Made by a program: the position numbers and the translations under genes | In this document: positions 12,392-24,285 of the stretch, piece after piece | Layout: every line of letters starts with the position of its first letter | How positions within the stretch are numbered: position 1 is the stretch's first letter | Notes under the pieces: model-generated | Database searches by the model: none | Told to the model about the DNA's origin: nothing | The model's input: only the letters and a program-made list of their open reading frames with translations | Assembly: GCA_958009085.1 (NCBI GenBank) | Contig: OY253671.1 | Span: 558,001 to 622,000 of the forward strand | Length of the DNA: 64,000 nt | Direction: 5' to 3' | Origin: Protoeuglena noctilucae | Taxonomy: Eukaryota

Positions 12392-13813
12392 ATGATGTCG
12401 ATGTCCAAGCCAGGCACGGGGCCCATGATGGCGTCGGGAGTGGTCCCCCTGATGCACCGCGACGGCGGCCAGGCAGGCCGCGGGAGCGAGGGAGTGTCGT
12501 TGACGTTCCACCCTGCGTCGGCCGCCCAGCACATCACGCTCCCTCCGTCCCTGCCGCTGGTGGCGCCGGGCCAGCTGGCGCAGGTCGCGCAGGCAAGGCA
12601 GAAGCCCTTCGTACACCGTCACGGGAGAGGTGAGCGGGGCGACCCGTCGAGCTTTGGCGAGGGCAGGGGTGCGCGCAACAGCGCGATGTGCTTTGTGCCA
12701 CACCACGGGTACGGCGCTCTGCAGGCCACTCCAAGGACGTCAAATACGACGACGACTTCATCGCCCATGTCGCGAGCGAGTACGAGAAGGCGAGGGCTGG
12801 GTCTGCAAGCGTCGAGCTGGCGCCGTGCCTGGCACAGGGCATGCCGAAGACGAGACATCGACCCCTGTGCTTTCACGCAGCTCAAGCTGGACCCGCACCG
12901 CGACGCCATCTGCGCCGACAAGAACCCAGCGCAGGTCGTGGGCGAGCGCTTCGGCATCAGCGAGTGGACCGTTTACCGCCACTACAAGCGCGCCTGCACC
13001 GACGGCCTCATCGTGCCCGCGGACACCAAGTTCCGCAAGAGCAAAGCGGCGACGATGGAGGCCACGAGGGACACTGTCCTCTCCAAGGACGCAGCCAAGC
13101 AAGGGCCTGGCTGCCACGCTACCGCGATGCGCCGAGCGAGCCATGCAGTCGTGCCGCCATCCCATGGTGCCCTGCCCTGCCCGGCTCGCAGGAAGCGCCG
13201 GCCCGAGGCGGAGATGACGCTGGGGAGCGGGCCCTGGACCGTGAGCGTCTTCCACATCCAGGGCGCTCAGCTCGACGGCTTCTCCTTCTATTGCGAGTTT
13301 TGGCGAGAAAGCGGCAACACCTTCAACATGTGGTGCACGCTCCCGGGTGTGCGGAGCTCCGACGACCTCCAGGTGACACTGGAGAGGCCTGGGGACGTCG
13401 GGCGGGGGGCCTAAGGTTGGATGGGTGGGTGAGGCTGACGGTCATGGCGCGGTCGTATCTGCAGGTGCGGTGCCACGAGGACGGGCAGCTGCTGCTCATG
13501 ATGAACCCGCGGCACCTGGATGGCGTGGAGGCCCAGTCGTCGATCCCCGCGGAGCAGCTCTCCAGCCTGGCCGCGATGCATGGGCTGCCCGAGGAGGACT
13601 TGGTGCAGCCATTCAAAGTCAAGGCAAGTGCCGCTCTCGCTCCCTGAGCGCCGCTCCGCCTGCGTCGCTGAGATTCGAACGTGATGGTTCCACGTGGGAC
13701 CCCCGCAGAAGGTCGTGAGGCTGCCGGCACGCGTAAGCCCCGCGACGGCATCGGCCATGGTGACCCCCAAGGGGCAGTTCTACATCACTGTCCAGGCCAG
13801 CGGCGGCGAGTAG
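12392..13813 (+). CDS. Putative nuclear protein: helix-turn-helix plus C-terminal alpha-crystallin/HSP20-like domain
   Basis: Exons about 12392-12629, 12725-12789, 12881-13098, 13192-13372, 13465-13617/13623, 13709-13813. HTH-like AQVVGERFGISEWTVYRHYK, NLS-like KKRR, ACD-like WCTLPGV..DLQVRC..GQL and KVVRLPARVSPATASAMVTPKGQFYITV. Confidence 0.7.
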
Positions 13814-13992
13814 AGATAGGGGTTTCAACGTGAGCTAAGGTCAAACACCCGAGGCCAGTGCGCTTTGAGCTAAAGCACGGGGGGCCTGGCCCGTCGGCGG
13901 GCGTGCAGGATCTTATCGGCAGCCGAGGTGCTGCCAGCGGGGTGGGTCCGCGAGGCCGGCGGACGAGACGTCGCGGTGAGCGCCACGGCGCC

Positions 13993-15664
13993 TCACTTGC
14001 GCCGCCTGGACACCTTGTCGGAGGCGGCACGGCCCACGATCACGCCGACGGCCACCGCCACCGCCACGCCCACCACCGCGTGCTTCTTCTGGTTCAGCGC
14101 GCGGAACAGGCCGGCGATCGCCTTGCGCACGCCCTTGGGCTGCGCCGACGCCTCAGACACAGCCGCCTGCGAAGGAGCGAGGGCGCCCTGCGTCACGGAC
14201 CCTGCAATGCCCCACCGCGAAGTGCACTGCACAAAGCCCGCACTGCGTAGCCCTCGGCACAGAGGCACGCACACTGCCGCTTGCGCAGGGGCCACTCACC
14301 GTGATCTCGGCCGCGGGGGCCTGGGCGACCTCCAGCGTGGCGGCGGCGGCCTCCTTGGCCTCCTCCTCCGCGTACGTCGCCACCTTGGCCAGGTCGAGCC
14401 GGAAGCCCGGGGTCGTCGAGGTCGCCTCGCGGGCCTCCGTCAGGTGGTCGTCCTCCAGGTCCTTCATCTCCGCGTCATCGTGGTTGGCGGCATCCTCCGC
14501 GGCCTGGGCCAGCTCGGCCTCGGCCTCCGTGGCCATGCGCCGAGGCGTCAGCATGCGCATCAGGGGCCGGACGTACGGCATGACCGCCTCGCTTGCATCC
14601 GTCAGCTGCTGGATGAAGGACGCGCTGCGCTGCATGGGCTGCGGGGAGGCGCAGGGAAGCAGCGTCGCGTCGGCGTCGGCAAGGACCGCGGACCACGCTC
14701 CAACGCGACTTTGACCCCGATCCACCATCCAAGCCGCGCTGACTCCAATGCCCCATCCGACCCTGCTATGACTCGCCTTGGCCCCGTCCGCGTAGCCGTC
14801 AGCCTCACGGGACTCGGCCATCTTCGCGACCTTGGGTGCGAGGGGCGGCTTCGCGGCCTCGGGCTTCTGCGGAGGGAGGCCGGGCCGGGCTCGCTTTGGA
14901 GAGGTGGCGCACAGGGCAGGGTGCGCCCCATCCTAACGCGTCTGCGGCCTCGCCCCGGGCGTCGCCTCCGCTTCGCCGTCGACGGCGACCTCCGAGGTCT
15001 CCTCCTCGCGGGGGGTGGGCACGGGGGTGTTCTCCTTCGGCGAGACGGGGACGGTCGAGACGGGGTCAGCGGCCTCGGCCGCCGTCTCGGCGGGGAGCTT
15101 GCCGATGGGCGAGGCGAGGAGGGCAGAGAAGTCTACCTCCTCGGGCCTCTTGAAGCTGCGAAGGGCGGGGGCGGTCGACGGCGGGTCAGGCGTCGCGGGG
15201 CTCCAGCCCTAGCCGCGATCGACAACGGAGGGCTGCCCCGAGGGGAGGCGGGTTGACGCCCTCCGGCGCGAGACGGAAGTCCCGGCGCGCAAACAAATCA
15301 TCTCGACCGCAGACAGGCGGCGGAAACGGGGCCGAGCACGCCAAGGAGGGGGGCACATGCAGGGAGTTGTTATAGCCAGCCCGCTCACGGCGGGGCGTCG
15401 CCGTTGGCGTCGCGCGGGCGCGAGGAGACCGCGAATGAAAAGCAAGGCGGTGCGCGAGGGGAGGGCGGGCGCGCGTGCACGCGGCGCGGCGTTGGCGCGA
15501 AAAAGCGTCCGGGCTGTCGGCCCGCCGCGGGAGTCAACGCGGGGCCTCATCCGGAGGAAAGGCGTCGTCGCCAGCGCGGACAGGGTGGGAAAAAGCGCGT
15601 CGCGCTTGCTGGGCCCGCGTCGTGCACCCGGCGCGAAGACTCACGGGGAGTTCATCGTCGCCAT
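13993..15664 (-). CDS. Hypothetical acidic protein with a C-terminal transmembrane anchor (tail-anchored)
   Basis: Exons 15664-15645, 15155-14954, 14866-14777, 14638-14300, 14166-13993 join in frame (MATMNSPFKRPEEVDF...). Glu/Ala-rich body, hydrophobic AVVGVAVAVAVGVIVG, then a basic tail. Needs GC donors at 14953 and 14776. Confidence 0.6.
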
Positions 15665-16463
15665 GGTCTTGCGCGCTCGTGAGCGAGATTGGGGCGAGAG
15701 CCGTGAGCACAGGGAGCACAAGAGAGGAAATATGACCCCATGGGGGACCCGGGGCGGGCTAAAAGGGCCTGGCCAGGGCAGCCCGCGCTGTCAGGCCTGA
15801 CAAGAGATGGAGGGAACAGCCATAGGCGGGTCCTCGGGATACAGGCGCGACCCGCGCGAAATAAAATCGCTAATGGAAACCACTTTCCCGCCATGGACCC
15901 CCAATCTCGGCCATCCGATGGAATGCGAGACCAGGACATCCCAGGCGGCCCGAGCGTCGCTGAGATTATCGCGAAACGAGAAACGACAGCTGTGGCCCAC
16001 CAAACGGGGTCATCCAGGCGCGGCATCTCCGCGGTGCCGCATTCCAGCACCGCGGATGCGCCCGCCGGCGCGACGGAGCGCGTTCATCCCCCTCCTAGCG
16101 AAAGCTGGGACGCTCGCACGCGCGGCTTGGGGCCTCGCCCCGCGAGAGGAGCACGCGAGGCTTTCCGGCCTTGCCTCGAGCGAGCGCGCTCAGAAAAAGG
16201 GGCGTCCCCCCGCGCGCATCCCGCAACCCGCTGTTCTTGTCCTATTCCGGCGATCGCGCCCCAAATCGACGCGCGCCTCAGCTCGCCTGGGTCACCAGGC
16301 TCGGCCACGTATGGATTTTATCGAGCCCCGTGCGTCCTGCCATGCGCTACTACTTCAACCTCTTCAACTACTTCATGAACAGGACACGATGCCGGGAGAG
16401 CTGCTCCTTGCGCGAGACGGCGCCAGAGATCACGGACGTCAGAGCAGCACGGCCGCACATGCG

Positions 16464-17419
16464 TCAGGTGCTGAGGCTCGCCAGCTGGGCCTCGAGCGTC
16501 CGCAGTTGCGACTCAAGCTCCGCCTCCTGATCGCGCTTCTTCTGCTCCTCCCTGCACACGCGCGGCACGCGGAGGGTTTGGCACCCCACAAGGCACTCGC
16601 TCGGCACCAGCGGCGCGGCCATGCATGCAGCCCTCACGCATTCAGCGTCTCCCCTGCGGCCTCCCGCTCCTTCAGCTTCCCTATCTGCGAGAGCTTCGTC
16701 TTCACGTTCCCCATCTGCTTCTTGATGGGCTGCAAGCGAGGACAGAATGTGCTGTGACAGGAGGCCGTTAACGAGGCCCAGCAGGCTCGGGCATTCGGAA
16801 CTGGACCTCTGCATCGCCAAAGCGGGGCCTGACGCCCACCTTGGCCGGGTCATCAGCCTTGGGAGGCTCCGGCGCTGGGCTCTGGCCCGGGGGTCTCGCC
16901 ACGGCCCAATCAGGGGCCTTCACCACGCCGGAACCCCGCGGCCCCTTTCCCCCCGCCCCCTGCGTGCCGCTTCGAACGCCCCTCTGCGATATGGGAAGGC
17001 GCCCAGACAAATTGGATTTGCAGCAAGCAGTAGCAAAGCTTTGTGCCCATGCGTGAGGTGCGCACGTGGCTCCCTTGCCTGCTCCGGTGCCTTGTCAGAT
17101 CCCGAGAACCCGGGGATGCCGCGCGGACCGCTGTCCCTCGGGCGGTAGGCCTTCACCTCGTCCTGTGGGACGTACCCCTCGCGCACGCGGATTTCCTTGC
17201 GAATGGACCCATCGGGTCTACGCGAGGCGCTGCGATTCCGGAGAGAGAGGAGTTGTTATGAAGCGCCCTGCTCTCGGATCGGGAAAAAAAGGGTCGCGGG
17301 CGCCCACGGGGCCAGCTCGTCAGCTCGTCCGCCCCCGCAGGCCTGGCCACGCGGAATACTCACGGGATGACGCGCACGCCGTGCTGGTTAATCTCAGTCT
17401 TGAACGTTTCCGAAGCCAT
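16464..17419 (-). CDS. PYM1: Partner of Y14 and Mago (PYM/WIBG), exon-junction-complex disassembly factor
   Basis: Exons 17419-17364, 17229-17079, 16959-16840, 16729-16638, 16551-16464. N-terminal IPASRRPDGSIRKEIRVREGYVPQDEV, C-terminal KLSQIGKLKE..GETLNAEEQKK. GC donor at 17078. Confidence 0.9.
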
Positions 17420-17707
17420 CCATGCCTCTGCCCGTGTATTTGCCGCAGGCGACGGCGGGAGGCGCTGGGGAGCGCCCGGCGGGCCCGCAAATCCGAATTG
17501 CAAGCGAATGCGATCGAACTGGGCCCAGTCTGCGCTTGCACACCCGCATGTCCATCCCAACTCAGCACCCGGTCGGTGCGCGCGAACCTAGAAAGCCTTC
17601 TGGCCGCGTGTGACGTGCCAGACTTCGATTGCCCTGCACTGAGTGGGGGCCGTCGAAATGTCCCCACTCGACGTGCGCATCACGATGTTGTCCGCTGGCT
17701 GGACCCC

Positions 17708-19518
17708 ATGAGCCACGCCGCGGCGCAGGACGCGATGGGGGACGCCTCCGGCGACCAGCCGGCGCGGGGCTGCGGGCTGCGGCTGCTGGTGGGCGATGAG
17801 ATGGGCTGCGTGAAAGGTGACGGAGTGGACGTGACGTCGGGGAAAGAGCAACGCGGCGACGCTGGGCGCGTTTCGCTCCCGCTTGGCGTCCAGGCGCCGC
17901 GGCCGGGACGTTTCCGAGCAAATATAGTCGCCCGGGGATCCCGCACGCAGTGATAGAGGCCCTGTCCTCCCGCTCCATCTCGAAAGGGAGGCTGGTCGCC
18001 AGGCACGGCGACCTCAACGCGGCGCGGCGCGTCACTGTGGTGGCGACCTGCACCACGCACGACGCGGCGGCAGGGACGGCCGAGGGGAGCGTGTGCGTGG
18101 TTGCCAAGGCTGGCGGGGCCATGGAGATCTTCGACTGGACGACGGGCGTGGCGCGAGGCGTCATCGCCGGACACGCGGAGGGCGACCGGCAGGCCCGGCA
18201 GGTCGTGGGACTGAAGGCTTTGTGGCCAGGCGAGTGGTGGCCCTGCCGGCAGGGCAGCGAGGGATAGCGCGCTGAGAGGGAGTGCATTTGCACGGTCCTT
18301 TCCCATGCCTCAGCTCTCGTCCAGCCTGGCCCCGCCCTGGTTGCGCAACCGCAGAGGGGGCCGTCCCGACGGTGGTGAGCCTGACGGCAGGCGGCACGCT
18401 GCGGGTTCATGCGCGGAACAGCGGCGCCGGGGAGGAGTGGGTGGAGGTTGCCTGCGCGGGGACGGGGCTGCAGGAGGCGCAGTGCTTGGACGTTTGCGAG
18501 GACGGGGAGGCAGTCCTGGCGGTTTTGGGAGGGAAGGGTGCGGAGGTGCAGGTGTGGGATGTGTTGCAGGGCAAGGCGACGTGGCGCGCGCGGGGAGGTC
18601 GACCGGACCCGAGGACGGGGCTCATGGACCCGCCGTGGACATCGGCGTGTGCGTTTGTGCCGGGCAGCGGGTGCCGGCGCATCGTGGCAGGGACCGGGCA
18701 CTACAAGCTGCGGCTCTACGATCTGGACCACGGGCGGCGCCCGAAGCTCGAGGTCACGTGGGATGAGGCGCGCGTGACGGCCGTGTGCCCCGCACCAGAC
18801 GGGAAGGTGCGCGCTGGAGTGCTGCGGTGTGCACTGGGCCGGCGCAGCGTCCCAGGCCACGTGCAGCCCCGTGACGGACTGTCAAGCTGCTCTCGCAGAC
18901 GTGTTGGGTGGCGAATGGGCGCGGGGTCGTTTCGAGGTGGGACCTGGGGACCGGGGTCGTGACGGGGATCCTCAAGGGTGTGTCAGGGTCGATCCGGTGC
19001 CTCGCGCTGCACCCGGAGCACATGCTCATCGCGTCGGGGGGACTCGACCGCTTCCTCCGCGTGCACCACGTGGGCACTTTGAAGCCGCAGGCGAGTGGGG
19101 CAAGGCGTGTTTTAATACGTGCGGTCAGCCCAGGCACACGCCGTCATTGGCATGCCTGGTCGCCCCTGCAGCTCAAGATGTACCTCAAAAATCAGATCTC
19201 CGCCATCGCCTGGGGCCCGGTCTCGGCAACGGAGGCGGCGCAGGCAGAGGAAGAGGAGCGGCGTGTGCGGGAGGCAGAGGCAGCACAGAAGGAAGCAGAA
19301 AAGGTGACATGCGGGCGGCTAAATGCAAGAAGCGAGCTGGTGACTGAGCTAGGGAAACGTGAGCGTCACTGGCCCGCTTGCAGAAGGCGGCAAGTGCCAA
19401 GCGGCGGAGGGAGGGCGACGAAGAGAGCTCCGGGGACGAAGGGAACGCGGCGTCGGCGCCAGTCAAGGTGCAGATGCACAAGCGCGGTAGGAAGTCCAAG
19501 CGGGGCAAGAGGCGGTGA
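17708..19518 (+). CDS. WDR74: WD40 ribosome-biogenesis factor WDR74/Nsa1
   Basis: Exons 17708-17816, 17951-18229, 18355-18806, 18899-19090, 19172-19303, 19384-19518. Motifs LLVGDEMGCVK, LRLYD...RRP, GVSGSIR, SGGLDRFLRVH, KMYLK, and a basic tail. GC donors at 18230 and 19091. Confidence 0.88.
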
Positions 19519-19553
19519 CTTTGGCGCTGTGGTCCTGGCGTGCTAGCCCACCC

Positions 19554-19984
19554 TTAGACGGACGAATCGGCGGTCATCACGTAGCCCGCGTGCGCCAGGC
19601 ACGCGCCCACCATCGTGAGGAACACGCCGTGCTTGGCTCTGCGGACAGGAGCCGGAAGCCATCGTCTCGCCACGCTGCCCACGCCTCGGCAGCAAGGTTC
19701 GCGGAGCAGCGGGCCCGAGGAGCGGCGCGCCACCTTTGGCTGATGGGGACATGTTTTAGCACGTGTCGCGTGAGCGGGATGGTGGTCATGAAGATGAGCG
19801 GTGTGTACAGATGCCAAGGGGACAGCCTCCTGCAGCCAGGGCGAGAGATAGCAATGGGCAAGGTGTCCACGCTGCCTGGCCCGTTGGAAGCCGCCCCCGA
19901 CGTCGCTGCGCACCTTCCACTGATTCCGCCAGCTCCACCCCTTCTATTGCTTTCAATGCGAGGCTCAGAATGCTCCGCCGCCAT
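19554..19984 (-). CDS. Small (about 83 aa) hypothetical two-TM membrane protein
   Basis: Exons 19984-19914, 19829-19734, 19638-19554 with canonical GT-AG introns. Product: MAAEHSEPRIESNRRGGAGGISGRRLSPWHLYTPLIFMTTIPLTRHVLKHVPISQRAKHGVFLTMVGACLAHAGYVMTADSSV. Confidence 0.65.
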
Positions 19985-20340
19985 GGCAGTGGGCAACAGC
20001 GCCACGACTTGAGGGCTCACGTCGCCAGATCCACCACCGAGCGGCGTCACCGTGACTCCAGACGGGTGCACGTACAAGCAGTGCGCAGCCGAGGAGTGGG
20101 GGTGCGCATATGATCCGCTGCGCACCGGCACTGCCCTGCAGCGTCACTGCGCGACTGGCGCTGTGGCTGACGCCTCTGATGCCTCTTTCGCCTTCGATGC
20201 CGCGTCTGGGCAGCCTGCCACGACACGCCGCAGCCGCCGAGGCCGTCGACACGTGAGCAGGCTGCGAGCTGTGCGGCGTGCGTTTTCAAACGACGTAGTC
20301 TGCGCAGTGGCCCGTGGGCCTCGGCCGCTCGTGCCGCGGG

Positions 20341-23300
20341 ATGGCTTCGTACGTGTGGGAGGTCCGCATTTTGGAAGGGAGAGACATTCTTTCCCGGGAC
20401 ATCAAGGCCGTCGCGCTGGAAGTAACGGCCGGCCGTGTTAACAAGAAGCTCGGGCCCTTCTACGGCGCGCCGTCGCCCCGATTCGACCAGGTCGTCCCGC
20501 TGAGGTTCACCGCGGAAGAGTACAGGACACTTGAGGTGCCAAACGGCGCTGGGAGGGTTTCGTGCGCGGCATTCGCATCTGCGACTGTGCCAAAACAATG
20601 CACCATGCTCAGCGCGGACCGTCAGCTCGCCTCTGCCGCCGCAGAAGACGGGAATCAGTCAATGCAAGGTCACGGTCCTCGCTCAGTCTAGCCAAGGAGG
20701 CCCTCTGAAGGTGATGTTCGCCCCAGGCACCCCAGCACTGGTCGATTGCAGCCAGGCCTCTCAGCCACGTCCTCCCTGCCAGCCGCCCGCGCAGAGACTC
20801 GGATACCTTGTGCTGGAACTCAAAGAGGCGCGGAACAATGGCAGCCTCTCGACGGGGCCCAGGTCCGTGGCGGCGCTCTGCCCAGGTGACAACAGCATGG
20901 GAGCATCCATAGGCTGAAGCGGCCTCCGCGCCGTGTCCTCGCAGGCCCAAGTGGTACAAGCTCAAGGCCACCGTGAAGCCCGCGTCCCAGGACGCCCCGT
21001 CTGTCCTGGTGGCCCACGCCATGCGCAAGGAACCAGGCTCCGCCGAGGCGCTGCACCGGGCGGGTGCCCAGGCGGCCGCACCTGCCACGGGCGGCTCGGC
21101 GCCGACATCTGCCGGCCGAAGCGCTGACAACCCCGACTCGGCGGCGGACCCCGAGACGGAGAGGGTGATTCGGGACCTCGGGAGGCTCTTGGACCGGGGA
21201 ACAGGGCGCGTGGATGCGTCTGACCAGATGGACGAGGAGAGCGACATGCCGTCCTTTGCGACCATCGCCGCCGCCGAGGTGCGGCGGGGCGTCGACGATG
21301 CGCAGGGCGCACCCGCGACGGTGGGGTGCCCGGCGGTGGCCGTCCGCACGTCCTCGGCAGCCGGCGCGAGACCAGCCGCTGGCCAGGCGGACGGGCGACT
21401 CGGAGGCGACGGGTCCTCGCCGGGAAGGGACCCTGCACCTGACAGCGAGCACCGGGGTGGGGACAGTGGCGCAGACGGCGATGGTAACGACGGGGTCGAG
21501 GGGGGCGCGGAGGGAGCTGGGCTGGCTCGGAGCATCGGCTCGCCGGGCAACAGCACCGCGCTGAGCGCGGCGGGCGACGCGGCGCGCGAGCGTAAGCGCT
21601 TCCGCCTTGGCATCGAGTTGCGGAGCTTCCGGCCAGGCCCTCGGCTGCCGCTGACCGTCGCCCGCGTGTACGCGACGGCGCAGCTCCCCGCGGCGCTGGC
21701 GCCTATGCTCGGCCGCCGCGCCGGGCAGCCCATGCACGCAATGCGCACGGCCCACGTCGACGCCCCCCGGGGCATCGAGGTCCCTCTCAGCAAGGGCTTC
21801 AGCGAGGTGCAGTTCTCGGCACTCGTGGGTGACGTGTTTGACGTCCTGAAGGACGACCCCAAGCTTGCCCTGGAGGTCTGGCACAAGTGAATCGCGCAGC
21901 TGCGGACGAGTCGCGAGCATGCACCCGGCAGGCCCGAGCCACTCTATTCCCCGCGTTGGGAGGCAAGCGTTCTCCTCGCGCCCCTCCTGGCCCGCAGGGA
22001 GAAGGACCGTGCGGACACGCTGATTGGGTCTGCCGAGGTGTCGATGGCGCCACTGCTCCAGGAGAGCTGGGTCGACGGCTACGCGCCCCTCTTCGCCACC
22101 ATCTACGAGGCCGACGGCCTCACGCACGAGCGCGTGCAGGTCGGCCGCCTTCGCGTGATACTCCTCCTTGAGGACGTCGGGCCAGCGGCGGAGTCCGAGG
22201 CGCCCGCACCCGTGAGCAGAGAGGGAGCGTGGGCGGCAAATGAGATGGTGTCTGCGGGAGACCGGGGCAGCGAAGGGGCCCCGGCGACAGGCCAGAGTGC
22301 CCGGGGCGAGCACACCGGTGCAACGGCGGGTGCAGCACGAGAGGGGCCCCAGCCAGGCGCGGCGGCAGAAGCATTGTTGCCGGTGGGACCCTCGGGCCGC
22401 GCCGGGAGGGAGGCGCCCAAGCCGCGCGGTGCACGCGGGGACAGTCGAGGGGCTGTGGATGCGTCTGCGGAGACGGCAGCGGAGGTCCGGGCGCGGCTGG
22501 AGCGTGAGGTGGCGTACGAGTTGGACCTATGGAGGCGGTCTCAGGAAGCGATGTTTGCTGTGGAGCTCCGGGAGAAGGAGTTGGCGCGCATGCAGGCGCT
22601 GGAGGATGAGTGGCGGCGTCGGGAGCGCGCTAGGTGAGGTTTGAGGTGGGCGGGCATCTGCAAGGTCGGCAGCGTGGGCTGAGCCACGGCAAAGCTGCGT
22701 GCGGTTCTGCACGCAGGGAGGCGGAGCAAAGCCAGTTGCGAGGGCAGCAGAGGGCTCTCGAGACACGCGCGCGGGAGCTGCTGGCTGCCGTGGAGGAGAG
22801 GGAACGGCGCGTGGTGGCTGCCGAGGTCAGGGGTGGCCTTCGCACTTGCGCTGTGGTCCAGCCATGCCGCGACCGGCGCCCGAATAAGAAGCAGGGTCTG
22901 CCGCGTGCTAGTGTGACGGTGCGCGCATGCCCACGTAGTCGCTCTCCTCGCCTGGGCCCGCAGGAGGCGCTCGCCCGTCGTCGGCAGCAGATGGAGAGGG
23001 AGCATGCCAGCCGTCTGCAGGAGGCGGAGTCGGCCGTGCGGCGGCTGCAGGTGGAGTTCGAGCACCAGATTGAGCTGGAGCGATCGCGGAACATGGAGGT
23101 GGTCCGGCAGAGGCAGGCGGCAGAAGCGAGGGCCACGTCCCTGGAGCAGCGGTGCGCTGCCATCGAGCAGGCCTTCATCGACTTCCGGGCGCGCCAGCGC
23201 AGCACTCCGGAAGCCGAGATGCAAGCGCAGCTCAGCGAGGCCCTCGCGGCCCGCCACGCAGCAGAGGAGCGGGCGGGGCGGCTTGCCAGGTGCCTTGCGT

Positions 23301-24009
23301 GGTTGCCATGCACCTTGGGGCATACCCAGTGCTGCAGCTGCGCAGTGGTTTGCGCACTGTCGCGACGCGCCTGGTTCTTACCCGCACCGTGCCGCAGGGC
23401 CAAGCGTCACTACAAGGAGCAGGTGGTGAGGCTGGCCAAGGACCTCGCGGCGCTGCAAGCGGAGAGCCTGAAGGAGCGGGAGCGGTGGCTGGCCAAGGAG
23501 CGGAGGACGCTGGACACGGTGGCGTTCGCGCGGGCGGCGCAGGAGCAGCTGCGCCTGACTCAGGACGCCCAGAAGGAGCTCCGGGAGATCCGGGGACGGC
23601 TGGCGGCCATGGCGGGGGAGCCGGGGGGGGAGGCGGCCGCGGCCGGGGCGGACGCGGACGGCGCTGAGGGAGAGCAGGTGATTAACGGAGCTGGGGATGA
23701 GCCCGTGGCTTTGCTTCCCTCGCCTTGTGTGGCGACCGTACCCCGGCGGTGTCGAGCTCACGACGAGTCGGTGTGCCCCTGCAGGTCCGGAATCCACGGG
23801 AGCGCGGAGGCCGTGGCCTGGACGCGGCTGCAGCTGCAGGGGAGGCGGAGGAGGGGCGGTCGCATGCAGGCGGCCAGGGGCAGGACCTCGCAGAGATTCG
23901 ACGCCTGCTGGCGGAGAAGGCCGAGCTGCTGGCCACGGGTATCTACTCGCGGGAAGATCCTGTGATCGTGGAACTGGACGCGCAGGTCCAGTCCCTCATG
24001 AAAACGTGA
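20341..24009 (+). CDS. CEP120: Centrosomal/basal-body protein CEP120-like (C2 domains plus coiled coil)
   Basis: 9 exons with GT donors at 20536, 20711, 20863, 21887, 22634, 22826, 23290, 23678. N-terminal C2 (VRILEGR..LGYLVLEL..PKWYKL), ELDLWRRSQE..ELARMQALEDEW, and C-terminal LLATGIYSREDPVIVELD. Confidence 0.85.
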
Positions 24010-24285
24010 CGACGTGTGCCAGAGATCTGTGTCTAGCGCTGGCGCGGCTTTATTTCGAGAGGAATTTGACGCAGACGCGCTTGTTCAATCGCTGACCTGC
24101 ACGGAAGAGCTTCTAAATAGCACCTGCGGTCGTTGTTGTGACGAAACCCCTGGGTGGCGGTGATATTCGACGCTGCCGGCGCTGGCGCCCCACCGCTGGC
24201 GTGTCTTTCGTAACGTTGTTGCCTTATACTTCAGCCGCGGCTCCCGGGGCATCAGGTGGGGCGGAGACGCTCGGGGTACTTTCAA

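Noticed and set aside
15740..16460. Plus-strand ORFs of 212 and 316 aa between the tail-anchored gene and PYM
   Set aside because: No protein-like composition or splice logic. Probably UTR or promoter sequence.
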